From the human T2T-CHM13v2.0 reference genome, Homo sapiens, in the NCBI RefSeq assembly GCF_009914755.1, contig NC_060939.1: a stretch of DNA of 64,000 nucleotides. One strand, written 5' to 3'. Position 1 is the stretch's first letter; each line of letters opens with the position of its first letter. Under the pieces are notes generated by a model. It was given only the letters and a program-made list of their open reading frames with translations. It searched no databases and was not told where the DNA came from. Shown here piece by piece: positions 43,003 to 58,732 of this stretch. A program made the translations under genes and the position numbers.

Positions 43003-45778
43003 AAAAGTATTATTTTCAACATATATGACATAAAATTTTTGTGATGTCATAGTTTTTCAATAGTTTTATGCTTTTATTGTGATGTAAAATAATGATGTAT
43101 TTTACAATTTATACATATGATACTTCTTGCAATTACTTGAAAAAAGCTGTCACCAGTAGCAAATACTAACTTAGTGTTTAGGTTAGACCTATGTAAACCA
43201 AAAATGACTCACACAGATGGCATTCATTTCAGAGAATTATTTTGCCAAGTTTAAGGATAAAGAAACACAAGTCACAGTAGGCTCTGTGGCCTGTGCTTTT
43301 TTCAAAGAGGGTTTTGCTGACTCCCATATTTATAGGGGTGAGACCAGGCAGGAGTAGATGGAGGATAAAGAAAGGGGAGGAAAGACAGTGAGGGAAGTAC
43401 ATCCTTATGAGGCCTGGATTAGCACTCACTGCATCCAGATGTTGCATGTGTAAAGAGGAATGGAGAAAAAGTTGATTGTGCATTTGTCTTGTGCGTGGTA
43501 GATCTACATTTTACCTAAGATAGGCAAACTTGTGAAATTACAGCTGTCTCTTTGGGAACAAAAGGAAGGTAGTATTAGCATGACTCAGTTCCTGACTTTT
43601 CCTTTGGCATAGTGAGTTTTGGATCCTAAGATTTTATTTTCCTTGTTCTTCAAAATATTTCAGAGAAAGCATTTTAGAAGAAAATGAGTGTTTGGTTATA
43701 TTTTTTCCCTAATCTTTCAACATTAGGATAGTTTATTCCTAGAAGGTTAGGATCCACATTTTTAAGGAGACTCATTCTAGAAGGTTGTGAAGAAATAGGG
43801 GGAAGAAGAAATAAATGGAAAAAAGAAGGAAAAAGAGACACAGCTGGATTATAGCAACAAAGTAGAAAGCAATCCTTGAAAACCGATGGACTATATTACA
43901 GAGCAGTCCATATATAACTAGACAGTCATGAAATGTTTTATGTAAATAAATAAGATGCTGTTATTTCTCCCAAAGTTTAAGTTTTCTAGTTTCAGTGTGC
44001 AGGGCTTTACAAAAAGCACAGTTTTCTACTAATTCCAAGTCAGAAAAAAATGGGAAAGAAAAAAAAAAAGACATTGAAAATGTTAGTTTGGAGACTTGTA
44101 ACCAGCAAAGAATTTAGGATCCAGTCTAGCTAAATTGTAAACCAATAATAAAACTGGAAGACAAAGAACAGGGCTAGAATCCAATAAAAGATGTACTATA
44201 GTTTCATTTGAAATACATTTTTTCTCTCTACAGTCTTCCGTTTTTACTAAAGAAAAATCATAGTAAGACCAATTTATTTCCAAAATAAGTTTTAGTTTTA
44301 TTGTACTTGGCCTGATTATTTTCATAAAGTGCAGCAAGACTATTTTTTTTCCATATAGGCTCTTCTAAGTTGGCATTGATGGAACTTTTTTTTAAACAAA
44401 GTGTCTACTATTTGACTTTTCAAATAGCCCCTCAAGCTCAAACAAGCATTTATTGTGCCTGCAAATAACTGTATGAACTGGGTGAATTACTGTCATCTTG
44501 AGGTCGCAAGATTACTTGGAGTTCCTAGGCCTGTCAGAAAGTGACATGCGTTTCTTACCACAGATCAGAAAATCTGTAAAGAAACTGCATACGGAAGGCA
44601 CAGGGCCAGTCTCTCCAAGGGAATTTTACTAGTTCTGTTATTCAACCTAAATTTCTTAAAGCAATCTGCTCATTGATGAAAATATGCAATTCCAGCCAAA
44701 GCCTTGGCAAGGTAACCAGTGTCTCCAATTGTGTCCCATTACAAAAAAAAATTGTTATTGATCATATGCAAATAACTTATATTACCATAAATTAAGAATA
44801 TTCAGAAATAGTTTTCAAATTCTGGGGAAATCAGGTAAAGAGAAAGAAGTATACTTGAAATTTTTCTCTAAAGAGTGTACCATATTCAATTGTTAAAAAC
44901 TATAAATAGCTAAGAAAAAACCTTTCTTTACTCTGAAAAACAAAAATAGTCATCAATGTTTCAAATAAAAGAGTCCTAAAAATTTGTTTCGTTCTTCTGT
45001 TACGTCAGTCCCACATAATTAACTTGTTCTACTTTATATTGGCTTAGCAATCCTCATGAACACATCAGCCTGTTAATTAGAGTCCTGGGAGTTTTGTTGT
45101 TTGTATTGTTGTTGTTTTCATTCGTACAATGGCACAATCTCCAAAGTTATCAGAAACCTAAATTCAAGAAAACCTATCAGAGTCATTTTCACCAACTCTT
45201 CTAAAGAAGCAAGTTTTGGCCAACTGGTTTTTTATAAACTACTTTTTGAGAATAATCAAAGTAAAACAACAATTGTGAATGAAAAACTCTTAGGACGGTT
45301 GTAGTTACAGGCATAGTTGATAAGAAATTTGTTTTTTTCTGTGTCATACAACAATTTAACATAATATAATTATTACTGATAACATATAGTAAGGCATGTC
45401 AGAATTATTGGCATCTCATATGATTTTGGAGCACATGCTAATATTTGGGTAAGTAGAACTCAAAAGTTAAATATTTCACCATGCTTCTGTATGATTTTAA
45501 CATGTTAAATGTGGCTAATTTGTCACTGTTGGACTTCAGGTGACCTAATATTCAAAAAGTTAATTAGGTCACTAAGGGTAAATTAGAATTTGATTTGGAA
45601 AGTTTGTCAAATATCAAAGGATTGAAACAGTGTTACAAAATAGAATCACCAATCACGATTAAATGAATTACTCATTAAGTCAAAAATGATATTTTAAATA
45701 TTTCTAAAAAGCAAAAATCTTTATTCTTTGATATAGAGAAAGGAGATACAGTTTCTTAAACAATAAGGTCTAATATCA

Positions 45779-46082
45779 GGCTGAGTGCACTGGCTTGTGC
45801 CTGTAATTCCATTGCTTTGGGAGGCCGACACGGGAAGATCATTTGAGCTCAGGAGTTCAAGACGAGCCTGGGCAATATAGTGAGACTTCGTCTCTACAGA
45901 AAATAAATTTGTAAATTTTCTGGTTGTATTGGTGTGTACATGTAGTCCTAGCTACTACAGAGTCTGAGGAAAGAGGATCACTTGAACCCATGACGTGGAG
46001 ATTGCAGTGAGCCGAGATCACACCACTGCACTCCAGCCTGTGTGACAGAGTGAGACCCTGTCTCAAACAAACAAACAAAAAT
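45779..46082 (+). mobile_element. AluJ
   Basis: Dimer with a (caaa)n tail. Confidence 0.94.
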
Positions 46083-46629
46083 ACCCTGAAAAAATGAAAA
46101 ACCAGTAAAACCTAATAAATATAGTATGAAACCAAGTGAACCTTACTCCCCTCCTCTTTTTTTGCAGTTGGCCCAAAAGGCAAACAAAAATCTTTTAGTC
46201 TCTCTTAATATTAAACAAGATCCTGGTTCAAAAAAGAAAACCAACTTTACCTTTGCATGGCATGGTATTAATACTAAAGCAATTTTAATAAAATTTTATA
46301 AATGAATTCATCAAATATCAATCAGTTTAATCATAAGGTACGATTTAAGAAATGCTTGTTAACCTTTTACTATTTTCTACTGAGAAGCAGATAAATTCTC
46401 TGAAAAAATGATGTCCAGATCCTGGGCTTGCATAAATGTGTTTTTTAATGTTCAATTTATAGAAAGACTGAATAATACCCTTTAAATTTCAGCCCACTTG
46501 GTCACACACAATATTTCTTTTGTAAAATCAATCTGCTACAAATCTACAATTCCGTCAAACTTTCAGTTTTGTCCTACGATTTTACCTTAGAACAAAAAAA
46601 AAAAATTTCCTTCCAAGCTTCCTTTACCT

Positions 46630-46920
46630 TTCTTTTGAGACAAGGTCTCACTCTATCACCTGGGCTGGAATGTAGTGACACAATCATAGCTTACTACAGC
46701 TTCAAATTCCTAGCCTCAAGCAGTCCTCCCACCTTAGCCTCTTCAGTAGCTGAGACAACAGGCACACACTACTGTGCCTGGCTCTTTTTTTTTTTTTTTG
46801 GTAGATATGGTGTCTCACTTTGTTGCCCAGGCTGGTCACAAACTGCTGGCTTCATGTAGTCCTCCCATTTGGGCCTCCAAAAGTGCTGGGATTACAGGAA
46901 TGAACCACCACACCAAGCCC
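46630..46920 (-). mobile_element. AluJ
   Basis: Antisense dimer. Confidence 0.93.
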
Positions 46921-49146
46921 CAACTTTCTGTATCCATTTAGCTTTATCTGTCAGTTTGTCTTCAGTTTAAAGACAACTTGAAAACCTCTACAGTAGACAA
47001 AATTACTTTCCCTTTATAAGGAAAACACATTTCTCATACCTTTCTATAGCATTTTTTTTTTCTAAAAACACATCTCACTTTTATTATGCACTTTGGATGT
47101 ATCTAGTAGATTCAATTATATATGTTAATTGTAATGTTACCTCTCAGTAACTCTTACTTGCATTGAAAAACTCTAGGAAGTAAGAAATTTTACTTGTGTA
47201 TCAGGTGCAGAGCCAGGGACAAAAGACAGAGCTGCCAATAACGTCTGACCCTTCCCAGTGTAGTCAGAGGGCACAGTTGGGCTAGGGAGAACACTATATG
47301 TCCCCTGAACTTACTATGGCTGTAAGAAAGACAAATCAAACAATTATTTAAAATATCACAGAGCAGTTTATGGCCCTAAAACATCCAGCAAAAACAGTAT
47401 CTGACTTGCCTGACCAGTTCAGACCAAATATCTAAATTAAATTCTGAAGATATTTCTATTTTATTTTACCAATTGTGTTGTTTTAGGCTCAGGGGTACAT
47501 TTGCAGGTTTGTAATACAGGAAAATTGTGGTCACAGAGTTTTGGTGTACAATTTTGGAACACACACTAACACATGTATGTGCACTGAACCCAAAGAAAGT
47601 TAAATATTTGACCATGGACTTTAATCAAGGGTATGTCTTCTGAATTTAAAGCAATGCTAATAGATTTTAATGTACAGAGCCAGAATTCTCAAGGATAGTC
47701 ATGACGCTATTGTAAGTCATTTGTAAAATTTGATTCTCTAATCGATTATTAAGAATATGAGATCTCTAAAATCTTTTTTATGTATCTCCAGTCAAAACTT
47801 TGTAGAGGAGACAAACAGTGATTTTTACCAAAACAGTAAGAAAAAGTGATTGCACAGTTTACGTAAGTTGAGATCTTTGAACCTAAGAATTTGTAACTGG
47901 CTAAGAAGAAAGCTAGACTCAAAGCCACCAAATCCCATTTAAAAACCCCCAGCCAGCTCCTTACTTGGAGATGCTGGCCCAAGCAGAAGACTGCGCTCTG
48001 CCTCCTCAGAAGCAGCAAACTCCCAGAGAGGGAGTTCTACAAGAGAACATACCTCAGACCTCCAGCAAAAAGTTTGGGAGATCAGGGATCTGTGTAGGGG
48101 GAGGCTCCCAGACCTCAGCAAATCATCCAATCAGTCAGAGCAATACAAAGCTTCCAGTTGGCTGTACCAGGGCCCTTCTAGGAGAGTTGCTGCAGGCCAA
48201 AGGGCGAAACTCTGCACAGAACTCATTGTGGTTTCCAAAATATAAACTGAAAAGTGACTGAGGCAGGTCTCAGTAAATTTAGAGCTAGATCTTGCCAACG
48301 TTGAGAAAGTGCATGGGAAAAAGCAACACAAATTACAGCAGGATCTGTGATCTGTGCTTTTTCCAAAGCAAGTTTTGATGACTTCAGCATTTAAAGGGGA
48401 AAAAGTGAGCAGTAGGGGAAGGGGGAAAAAAGCAAAGAGGGCTAGGCACTGAGGCAAGCGTTTGCATTCTCGTGAGGCTTTGATTAGCACTCACTGAAAC
48501 CACATTTGATATGTGCAAATAGAGGAGTGGGGGATAAAGTTGAGTATGAATTCATCTCGTGTTTGCTGGATCTACATTTTGCATAAGATAAAGTAACCAT
48601 GTATAATTACAGCTGTCTACTTGAGAAAAAAAGGAAGTCAGTTTTAGTGTGACACAGTTCCCAAGCCTAACTTTCCCACTGGGCATAGTGATTTAGTGTC
48701 CTGAGATTTTATTTTCCTTTCAAAGCTGCTATTAGTCTACACATTTTGTGTATGAGTGCATTAAGTTGTTACAGCATCTCAAGAGGTAGACACTACTGTG
48801 ACCTTCTGAAAGTTCTAACTCTGAATCTGAGCTAAAGCCCTATAGGAAAAGACTTAGAACAACTTTGAGTTTGACCCAGTGTTCCTACTCACATCAACTA
48901 TGTTAGAATAGCATTTCTCTCTTAGAATAAACACTTTGTAGGTGCTTTTTAAGAATTCCTCACCTACCCTATTGTAATGAAATTATTTTCCTATATTAAA
49001 TTCTAAATACTCCATTGAATTCTTTTTTCTATGGAGGTCTATAATCCACCTGAAGTTGATTTTGTGCATGAGTTTAAAAGTAAATTTTATTTCTCCCGAT
49101 GGACATTAGGTATACTGAAATATTTATTGAAAATTCATCTTTTTCC

Positions 49147-49494
<348 letters not shown>

Positions 49495-49502
49495 TTATAT
49501 AG

Positions 49503-49847
<345 letters not shown>

Positions 49848-50048
49848 TATTGATTCTTCTGTCTGTGGTCAAATATTACATGTTCTTATATTTTGGAGAG
49901 TTCATTTCACACTAGACATTTCCCTGCAGAGACTGTTCTCTTCATCACTGTGCTACTGAAGACAGGGAAGGATAAAACCTTGCATGTCTTGCACTTACAT
50001 TAATATTCCCAGCTGTACCTCGAAAAAAAAAGCAGGTTATAGAACACC

Positions 50049-53000
50049 TGTGGAGACAAAATGACCCATCTTGGATGCTAGTCCACCATGTTACTTCTGA
50101 TTTGCCCCTGTTCAATGAATGCCTTCTGATCTCTCATTTATTTACTGTCCTTAGTGTAAAATCATGTCAACCTGGGTGTTACCACAAAAATTACAGGCTA
50201 TGAGACAGGTAGTCCTCCTGGATTTTCTGCCTTCTTCTTTAATTTTTCAGATCCTTTGGCATTTGAGAGTTGCTTTGTGTATACGGCCCTTTAATGGAGC
50301 AAATGGCCAGCCAGGAAACCAAAGTATGGACAAGGGGAAAGAAGCATCTGTGGAGGAAGTTTTACAAGCGACCCTCCTCATCCATGTGGGTGGCGTTCCC
50401 ATATGCTACATGTCTGTGGGCCACTATGTGTGTTTAAAGCTTTTTAGTAAAACGTTACTAAAAACTATGACTCACTGTGGTGAAAAAGGTGGGAAAACAG
50501 TGACAACAGTAAGTTTGCTGCTGTTATTATCTATGTGAGTGGTCACAAAAGCACAGGTAGCAGCTGAGGCAAGGGTAGGGAAGCTAGGAAAAGAATCGCA
50601 GTGAGAAAGGGATGAGAACTTCCATGTCTGTGTTAATGTCTGGTTTTATGATAAACTTGAAACTCAAGAGGCACAGTTGGAAATTGTACCTTGCCACTTT
50701 GTGTGGCTGAGAGAGAGAAAAATGTGCCAGCTGAATGTGTGGACTGTCTTTGCCAGTGGAGGCTGGGATGCAAATACTTGTAATTCTTGGCAAACAACCA
50801 GTGAGCCAGATGATGACATAGAGTTTAACTCAGAGGAGGAAGATTATTATCCTTCCCATTTGAGAGTGAAACTGTTCATGCAGTGGAAAGCAAAATTCCA
50901 ACACACAGAGGCCTGGGTAGGATTACTGGATATAACAAAAACTTTTAAACAGCTGCCAAGAGAAAGCCTTATGTACATGAATGGTGCAGCTGTGGGACAC
51001 CAGTGGGGATGATATCTCCCTAAAAGGGAATGAACCTGAAAAATTGAGACAGAAGTACCCCCGGAAGTGAAATAACCCCTTTATGGGACAAGATATAGGG
51101 AAAGCCATTTCAGATTTCCTAGAAACTCAAAAGGGAAGAGATTAGGTCTGACTGGTTGCTAAAGGAAAATGGAAAAAGGGAGAAACAAAGTCTGCTGGAC
51201 TGGAAAAATGAGTTTAAAAAGGCACAATTAAGGTTACTAGGAAACAAATGTGGTATGATCTGATTTCAGCTGGGATTGACAAAGAGAATATAGATGGGCA
51301 ACCCAGTGGCATATTAGTGGGGTATGGAAAGACCTGACTCCTGATCAATAGTTTAGACACCTTCTTATTACCTCCCCCACCCCCCATGAGAAGAGGGAGA
51401 AAGACAGGAAGAAACCTTTGGTAAAAATTCAGGGGTGGACTTCTTTCCAGCCTGGAGATCATAGGTAGGGTCAAGGCTGCTTCTGTGTAAGAGCAATAGG
51501 GGGTGACCAGAGGCCGTATTTGGAGCTCACTATTGATTGGAGTCTTAAACAGCACTAAGAGAACCTTAGCTTTAGTGGGCACAGGTGCAGAATGTGTCTT
51601 AATTGATGGAAATCCAGAGAGACACCCTGGTAAGTGGGAAGCTATAGATGGTTGTGAGGGGTTAAAAATCTGAGAGAAACAAACTCCTCTCCTCCTTAGT
51701 TTTGTCTGGAGTTCCCCCTTTGCTTACTCTCCTGTCTTTATCTCACGTATTGCAGAAAACATCTTGAGTATGGATGTCTTCTTAGGATGCACTTTACAAA
51801 CATCTGTGGGGGAATCTCACCTATGACAAAGGCTATATTAAGATGGGAGGCAAAATTAGAAGGTGTACACCTCCCTCCCCCACAATGTATTGTTAATGTG
51901 AGACAATACCATCTTCCTGGTAGAATACAAGAAATCACAGCCACCGTGGAGAAATTGGCCAAAGTTAATATTATCTGGCCAGCCCAGAGTCCTTTCAACC
52001 ATCCTGTGTGACCAATAAGAAAATCTGATGGCACTTGGATATGACAGTAGATGAGTGGACACTACTGATCTTTCTAAGATATATGCTCCTTTATGTAATA
52101 TAACTCAAGTGATTGAGCAATTAATACAAAACATAGGCACTTATCATGCTGTGTTAGATTTAGCTAATGCCTTCTTTAGCATCCCTTTTACCTTGACTTG
52201 CAGTCATTATATTGATGTTACTCTAACTTCTGAAGACTTGTCATTGCTACAGCAACATGGATATGCATTGACACCGTTCTTCAATCCAGAGGATGGGCCA
52301 TCAACTCACAAAAGTACAAGGCCTGGAACCAGCTGCAAAGTTCCTATGGATCACTTGGCCAAGTAAGACACACCTTACTTCAGGCTTGGTCATTGAGAAA
52401 ATATAACAGTTTTCCATACCTAAAACAGTTAAACAGTTACAAAGTTTCCTAGGTCTTTTGGGATACCAGTGGGCTTTCATTCCATGTTTACCTCCATGTT
52501 TGCATCCCCATACTGACTATTAAAGAAGCAATCTCAGCTGGGCACAGTAGCTCACACCTGTAATCCCAGCACTTTGGGAGACCGTGGCAGGCAGATCACT
52601 TGAGGCCAGGAGTTCGAGACCAGCATGGGCAACGTGGTGAAACCTCATCTCTACTAAAAATGCAAGAAATTAGCCAGGCATGGTGATGTGTACCTGTAAT
52701 CCCAGTTACTTGTGTGGCTGAGACATGAGAGTTGCTTGAACCTGGGAGGTGGAGTATTTAGTGAGCTGAGATCGTGCCACTGCACTCCAACTTGGGCAAA
52801 AGAACTAGAAACCCTGTGTCAAAGCAAAAAAACAGATCTAGGATAAAGAACTAAAGAACAAGTGGTAGCATTTGAGAAGGCTAAAATATTGATTGCTCAG
52901 GCACAAGCTCTAGTTCCCCGCTTCTGGGATACCAGTGTCTTTTGATATGACTGTAAACCCTGAAGGGACAAAACAGGTCCTCTGGCACGTTCAGCATGGG

Positions 53001-53465
53001 AAAGCAGTTCTTCTAAGATTCTGGTCACAGCTATGGAAATGTGCTGAAACCCACAGTTCTCCAATTGAACAACAGGTTCTGGGAGCATGTAAGGCCATGC
53101 AGCACATTGAGCCTGTAACTGATCATCTGCCAGTAACAATGAGAACAGATCTCTCCATTAAGGGCTAGATAGAAGGGTTGTTTTCCAGGCCAATATCAGC
53201 TATTTCTCAAGTCTCCATTATACAAAAGTGGCATGCATACCTGCAAGAATGTAGCGCCCTCTCCACGAGTCCTTTGGGAGATGCATGCTATCATAGGGCC
53301 AAGACACTATGAGACCAGTGCTGCCCCTGTTGTGGAGCCCCTGCAGGAGATGCCTCTGGTAATATACGAAGGCACATCTCCATTCCTGAAAATGCCTGGC
53401 ACTTAGATGGATGGAGCTGAGGTAACCCTTGTGTATAGATGACAGTAACTGTACAGTTGCAGACA
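50049..53465 (+). mobile_element. LTR47-type LTR (about 50049-50300) plus class III ERVL internal gag-pro-pol remnant, 3'-truncated
   Basis: LTR start tgtggagacaaaatgacccatcttggatgcta; PBS-like tggccagccagga; protease LALVGTGAECVLI; RT VRQYHLPG..SPFNHPV and AVLDLANAFFSIP. Confidence 0.82.
52536..52832 (+). mobile_element. Alu (S/J) inside the ERVL pol
   Basis: Full dimer. Confidence 0.95.
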
Positions 53466-53469
53466 AATA

Positions 53470-54080
53470 CTGTCTGACAGAGATTGTTGAGGTTTCCAAC
53501 TATAATAATGAGTTAATCTCTTTCTGTTTGCAGTTATATCAGTTTTGGCCTTACATAGTTTGACATTCTGTTGTTAGGCACTTAAATGCTTTAAGGATTA
53601 TTACGTTGTACTGGAGAACTGACCCCTTCATCTTTGTGTAATGCCCGTGTTTATTTTTAGTGACTTTCCTTGCTTGAGGACTTCTCTGTCTGTAATTCAT
53701 GCAGCAACTCTTCCTTTATTTGATAAGTGTTAGCCTAGGCTATTTTGTTTCATCTATTTACTTTAAATGTATACATGTCTTTATATTTCATAGATTTTAC
53801 TTAACATCATTTAGTTGGGTTGACTTTATTGATCTACACTGACATTCTCAGTTCTTTGATTGATGCTTTTAGATTACTGACAACCAATGGAGTTGGATTA
53901 ATATCAACCATATGTGTTACTCTTTTTGATTTGTTGCCCTTGTTCTTTCTTCCCTTTATTGTACTTCATTTATTTTCTGTGTTTTGTGGTTTTAATTGAG
54001 AATTTTATGCAATTCTGTTTTCTCTCCATTCTTAGCATATCAATTATATAACTTTTTTTTGACTATTTTAATGGTTGCCC
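53470..54080 (-). mobile_element. Old L1M fragment
   Basis: ttccaactataataatg..ttctgttgttaggcac..aactgacccctt. Confidence 0.75.
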
Positions 54081-55944
54081 TATGGAATAAAACTTTTATT
54101 TTTCATATTCTTAATTTAGTCTCACAGATAATGGTTTCTGGAAAATAATAGTAGCACCAATCTATTTGATTAGGCATGCTTATGTCTATATGTTATATGT
54201 ATATAAATATACATGTATATGTGCATGTGTACTCATGTATAAGTGAAATGAATGACAGCACTAATAGGGAGAACAAAAGAGTTAAGATTATTTTGTTATT
54301 CTAAGATATTCACACTACCTGTGAGTGATACAGTGTTTTTTCAAAAAACACTTTTTGAGAAGTATCTTGGATTCATTTTAAATGTAATATTGCAAACTCT
54401 GGGTAAGGGTTTTGGACCAAGGGCCTCAGTTCTTTGCTTGCTTTGGCCTGTTTCTGAATTTAGTTTCCTCCCATGTTGGCTTCTCCCATATGGCAAATGT
54501 TCCATCAAAGCCATCAAGGGAGGGACTTTGCTAGCAAGACAAGAATCACAATCTAACATAATATAATCATCCTGCTAATGTCCCATCACCATTGTAGTAT
54601 TCTGTTGATTTTAAGCAACTCACAGTTTCTGACTACATTCATTAGAAGGAATTAAAATATGAAGTTACTTATCAACTTCACTTATACTTAGAGGTGGGAG
54701 TCGTTGGGTGCCATCTTAGGTTCTACCTACCACATCTGATCTTCTCCAATATGAGATAGTTTTTCAGTCTTCACTTATTTTCTATTACCTTGACCCTTTT
54801 GACAAGGACTGGTCAGTTCTATTGTAAAATTTCCCACAGTATGAATTTGTCAGATGTCTTCTCATAATTAGACTAGGGATATGGATTAAATTCAATATTT
54901 TCAATATTTATATTTATTTAAATTTAAAGATGAGACAAAACAATATAATATTTATATATACAAACATACAGGAAAAATGAATATCAGAAAATTAGAGACT
55001 GACAAAGATAATCCATAATAATAGTTACCTTCAGCTGTTAACATAGATGATGAAATTCAGGAGATACATTCAGGGGACATCAATAATATTGTTAATGTTC
55101 TTTCTGTTTTATAAGCTCAGCAAAGGCTTAAAATAAAATAAACTTTTGAAATTTAAGAATAGTTTTAGATTTACAGAGCAGTTCCAAATATAATATAGAG
55201 TTTCCACAGACTCCATACACCATGTTCCTTAATAACCCCCTTACATTAGTGTGGGATATTAGTCACAATGAACCAACCAATATTACACTATTATTAACCA
55301 TCCGCGCTTTATTCAGATTGATTTAGTCATCATTTAATGTCGAGTTTCTGTTCCAGGATCCTATCCAGGATACCTCATTACATTTACAATTCATGCTCCT
55401 TAATCGACTTTGACTGTGACAATTTCTCCAAGTTTGCATGATTGCTATGACATTGGCATTCCTAATTTGGGATTTCTTTGGTGTTTCTTTCATGATTAGA
55501 ATGGATTGTAGGTTTCAGGGAGGAAGACCACAGAGGGAAATTGCCATTCTCATCACATCCTGTTAAGGGTACAGACTGCAACAGCTTTATCACTTTTGAT
55601 GTTAATTTAATCACCTGAATGAGATAGTTCCAATCAAATTTCTGCACTGTGAAATTACTGTTTTTTTCTTCTCCTTTCCATGTTGTATGTTTCAAAAAGA
55701 AGTCACTACACACAACACACAAATAAGAAGTGAAGACTTATGTTCCACTTCCTAGGGGCAGAGTGTCTGCAAAAATTATTTGGAATTAATCACAATGAAC
55801 AAATGCCTATTCTTCTTCAATTGTTCCATATTATTCCATCATTGTTCTACCCATAGACAAATATGGGTACTTATTTTACACTTCACTTGAAATAATTTAT
55901 TTGGCTTATTGCTCAAATTGCTTCAGTATTGTCCAAGAAACTTT

Positions 55945-56258
55945 CTTTTTCTTTTTTTTTCCTTTTTTTTTTTTTTTGAGATGAAGTCTCGCTCTGTCAC
56001 CCAGTCTGGAGTGCACAGGCGCGATCTCGACTCAGTGCAACCTCTGCTTCCTGGGTTCACACCAGTCTCCTGCCTCAGCCTCCTGAGTAGCTAGGACTAC
56101 AGGCGCTTGCCACCATGCCCAGGTAATTTTTTGTATTTTTAGTAGAGACAAGGTTTCACCATGTTATCCAGGATGGTCTTGATCTCTTGACCTCATGATC
56201 TGCTCGCCTTGGTCTTCCAAAGTGCTGGGATTACAGGCGTGAGCCACCGCTCCCGGCT
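55945..56258 (-). mobile_element. AluS (Sc-like)
   Basis: Antisense dimer with a T/CT tail. Confidence 0.96.
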
Positions 56259-57037
56259 GGGACTTTCTTTCAGTTGGATCGTCTATAATTTTGAAATCTC
56301 CCCATAATTATGGTTTGTTGGTGTTGTGTGGCTGTTTGGTTTGTTGCATCGTTGGTTGGCATTTTCTTTTCTTCTGGCACTACTAGGTGCTGCAGGCTGA
56401 TTGTGTTTATTCGCTGTCTAACCCTATTTTATCCACCGTTTCTTCACAATGCCCTAGTTCCTTTGAATGGAAAATGGGATTAGAAATGAAGATCTAGAGA
56501 CTGTGGTATATTCATTGCCCCTAGGGCATCTGATGACTTGAGGCCGTGTCAGCTGACTGAGCAAAAGAATACCCATGTGTTTACTGACTTACAAATATAT
56601 ACAAGTGTATAAATACTTCAACATGTATGCATAGGTATCTATATTAAACTAACCATGAGTTCCACGTAATGTTTCTGGCAGCACATGATCTAATTCAGTA
56701 CCACATGAAGCTGTCTACCTGTTCCAACTCGCTTGTATGTAGCTTGCACCTCTAACATGGAACTAGTTGGCTTTATTAACATAATGATATCATCCAAAAA
56801 TACATGCATAGTGTTTTCAAAAGTGGTAATTTATACACCCCTGGGAAACTACTTTACCAACTAAAACTAAGTCCTTATATACAAATTATTTGTCCTTTTG
56901 ACTTAGAATCTCAGAATTTCCCTCTATTTCCTAATTTACTTAGGTTAGCCCCCTTTTCCCACTCTAGTGAGCTTATTTCACACATTTGTTATACAGTTAT
57001 AATATTTAGTTAATCTCTCTCTATCAACTAAATAAGG

Positions 57038-57350
57038 CTTTTTTTTTTTTTTTTTTTTGTTGGATACAGTCTCGCTCTGTTGCCCAGGTTAGAGTTCGGT
57101 GGTGTGATCTTGGCTTACCTCAACCTCTGCCTCCCAGGTTCAAGGACTTCTCCTGCCTCAGCCTCCCAAGTAGCTGGGATTATAGGCATGTGCCACCATG
57201 CATGCCTGATTTTTGTGTTTTGTATTTTTAGTAGAGGCAGGGTTTTGCCATGTTGGCCAGGCTGGTGTCAAACAACTGTCTTCAAGTGATCCCCTCCACC
57301 TCAGCCTCCCGAAGTGCTGGGATTACAGGTGTGAGCCATGGCGCCTGGCC
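57038..57350 (-). mobile_element. AluS
   Basis: Antisense dimer; TSD taaataagg. Confidence 0.96.
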
Positions 57351-58062
57351 TAAATAAGGTTTTTATTTTACCATCTGTGTGTTATGAAGTTCTGTAGGTC
57401 TTGAATAACAGTGTCACATATTCAGTGTCACGTTGTCGTATAGAACAATTTCACAGCCCCAGAGACATTTCTTGTACTTTACTGATTCAAATTTTCTGTG
57501 GTCCAATCCCTTCATACTCACCGAATACTTTACTGTCTCTGTACTTTTTTCTTTTTCAGAGTGTTATATAAATGGCATCAGATAGTATTTTGCCTTTTCC
57601 AACTCGTTTTATTTAGTTATCAAAATGCTGTTTAGGTTTGTAAAGTATATCTTATGGTTGTTTAGATTTGCATTTCTTGAATAACAAAAGAATTGAGCAT
57701 GTTCTCGTGTTTATTGGACAAAACTACAACATTTTTGGAAAAATGACTCTTCAAATTATTTGCCATTTTTGATTAAGATGTTTGCCTTTTTATTTTCGAG
57801 AAGTAAGACTTTTTATCTATTCTGGATAACAGACCCTAATTAGCTATGAGATTTTTGAAGATTTTCTCTCATTCTTTGGTGTTGCCTTTTTACTTTTAAC
57901 CATGTACTTTGAGTCACACAATACTTTTTTGTAATGAGTTCAATATGTCTGTTTTTTAATTTTAATACTTGATTTCTGATGAAGTTCTTTATGTCTTTTT
58001 AAAATTATGTTCATTTGCTTTAGGTGTCATAGCTTAGAAACCATTGTTTAACCCAAGGCTAC

Positions 58063-58469
58063 TGTATTAGTCTGTTCTCCCATTGGTATAAAGAAATACT
58101 GAGACTGGGTAATTTATATAGAAAAGAGGCTTAATTGGCTCATGGTTCTGCAGGCTGTACAGGAAGCATAGTGACTTCTGCTTCTGGGAAGGCCTCAGGA
58201 AATTTCCAATCATGGTGGAAGGCAAAGGGGGAGCCAGCACTTCACACGGCCAGAGCAGGATGAAGAGAGGGGCTGGAGTGCTACACACTTTTAAGCAACC
58301 AGATCTTGTGAGAACTCACTCACTATCAGGAGAACAACACCAGTGGTGCTAAAACCATTCATGAAAATCACCCTCAGGAGCCAATCACCTCCCACCAGAT
58401 CCCATGGCAAACACTGCAGATTACAATTTGACATGAGATTTGGTGGGGACAAAGATCCAATTTATTTCA
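58063..58469 (-). mobile_element. MST (A/B) solo LTR
   Basis: tgtattagtctgttctc..ggctcatggttctgcaggctgtacaggaagcat..ttacaatttgacatgagatttgg. Confidence 0.92.
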
Positions 58470-58732
58470 GCGATGAAAATGTATTCTTATGTTCTATGGA
58501 ATTGGTCTATTTGGCCCCTATATTTAGATGCATAATTAATTTGAGTCAATTATGCATATGGTGCTAGGGAGGAGATAACTTCCATGTAAATGTCCATTTG
58601 TCCCAGCAACACTGTGTGAGGAAATATTTCTTTATATTGAATTGACCTGTCAACCTTGTAAAATTGTTTTACCATGCATGTAAGAATTAATTTTCGACAT
58701 TTGATTTTATTCCATTGATATATATGTCTCAC

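Larger units (their letters stand above)
43192..48724 (-). mobile_element. MER4-family provirus with two LTRs (about 43192-43643 and 48241-48724)
   Basis: Two homologous LTRs (t.taaac..; ctgtgcttttt.caaag; agattttattttcc) flank MER4-int sequence. Confidence 0.82.
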
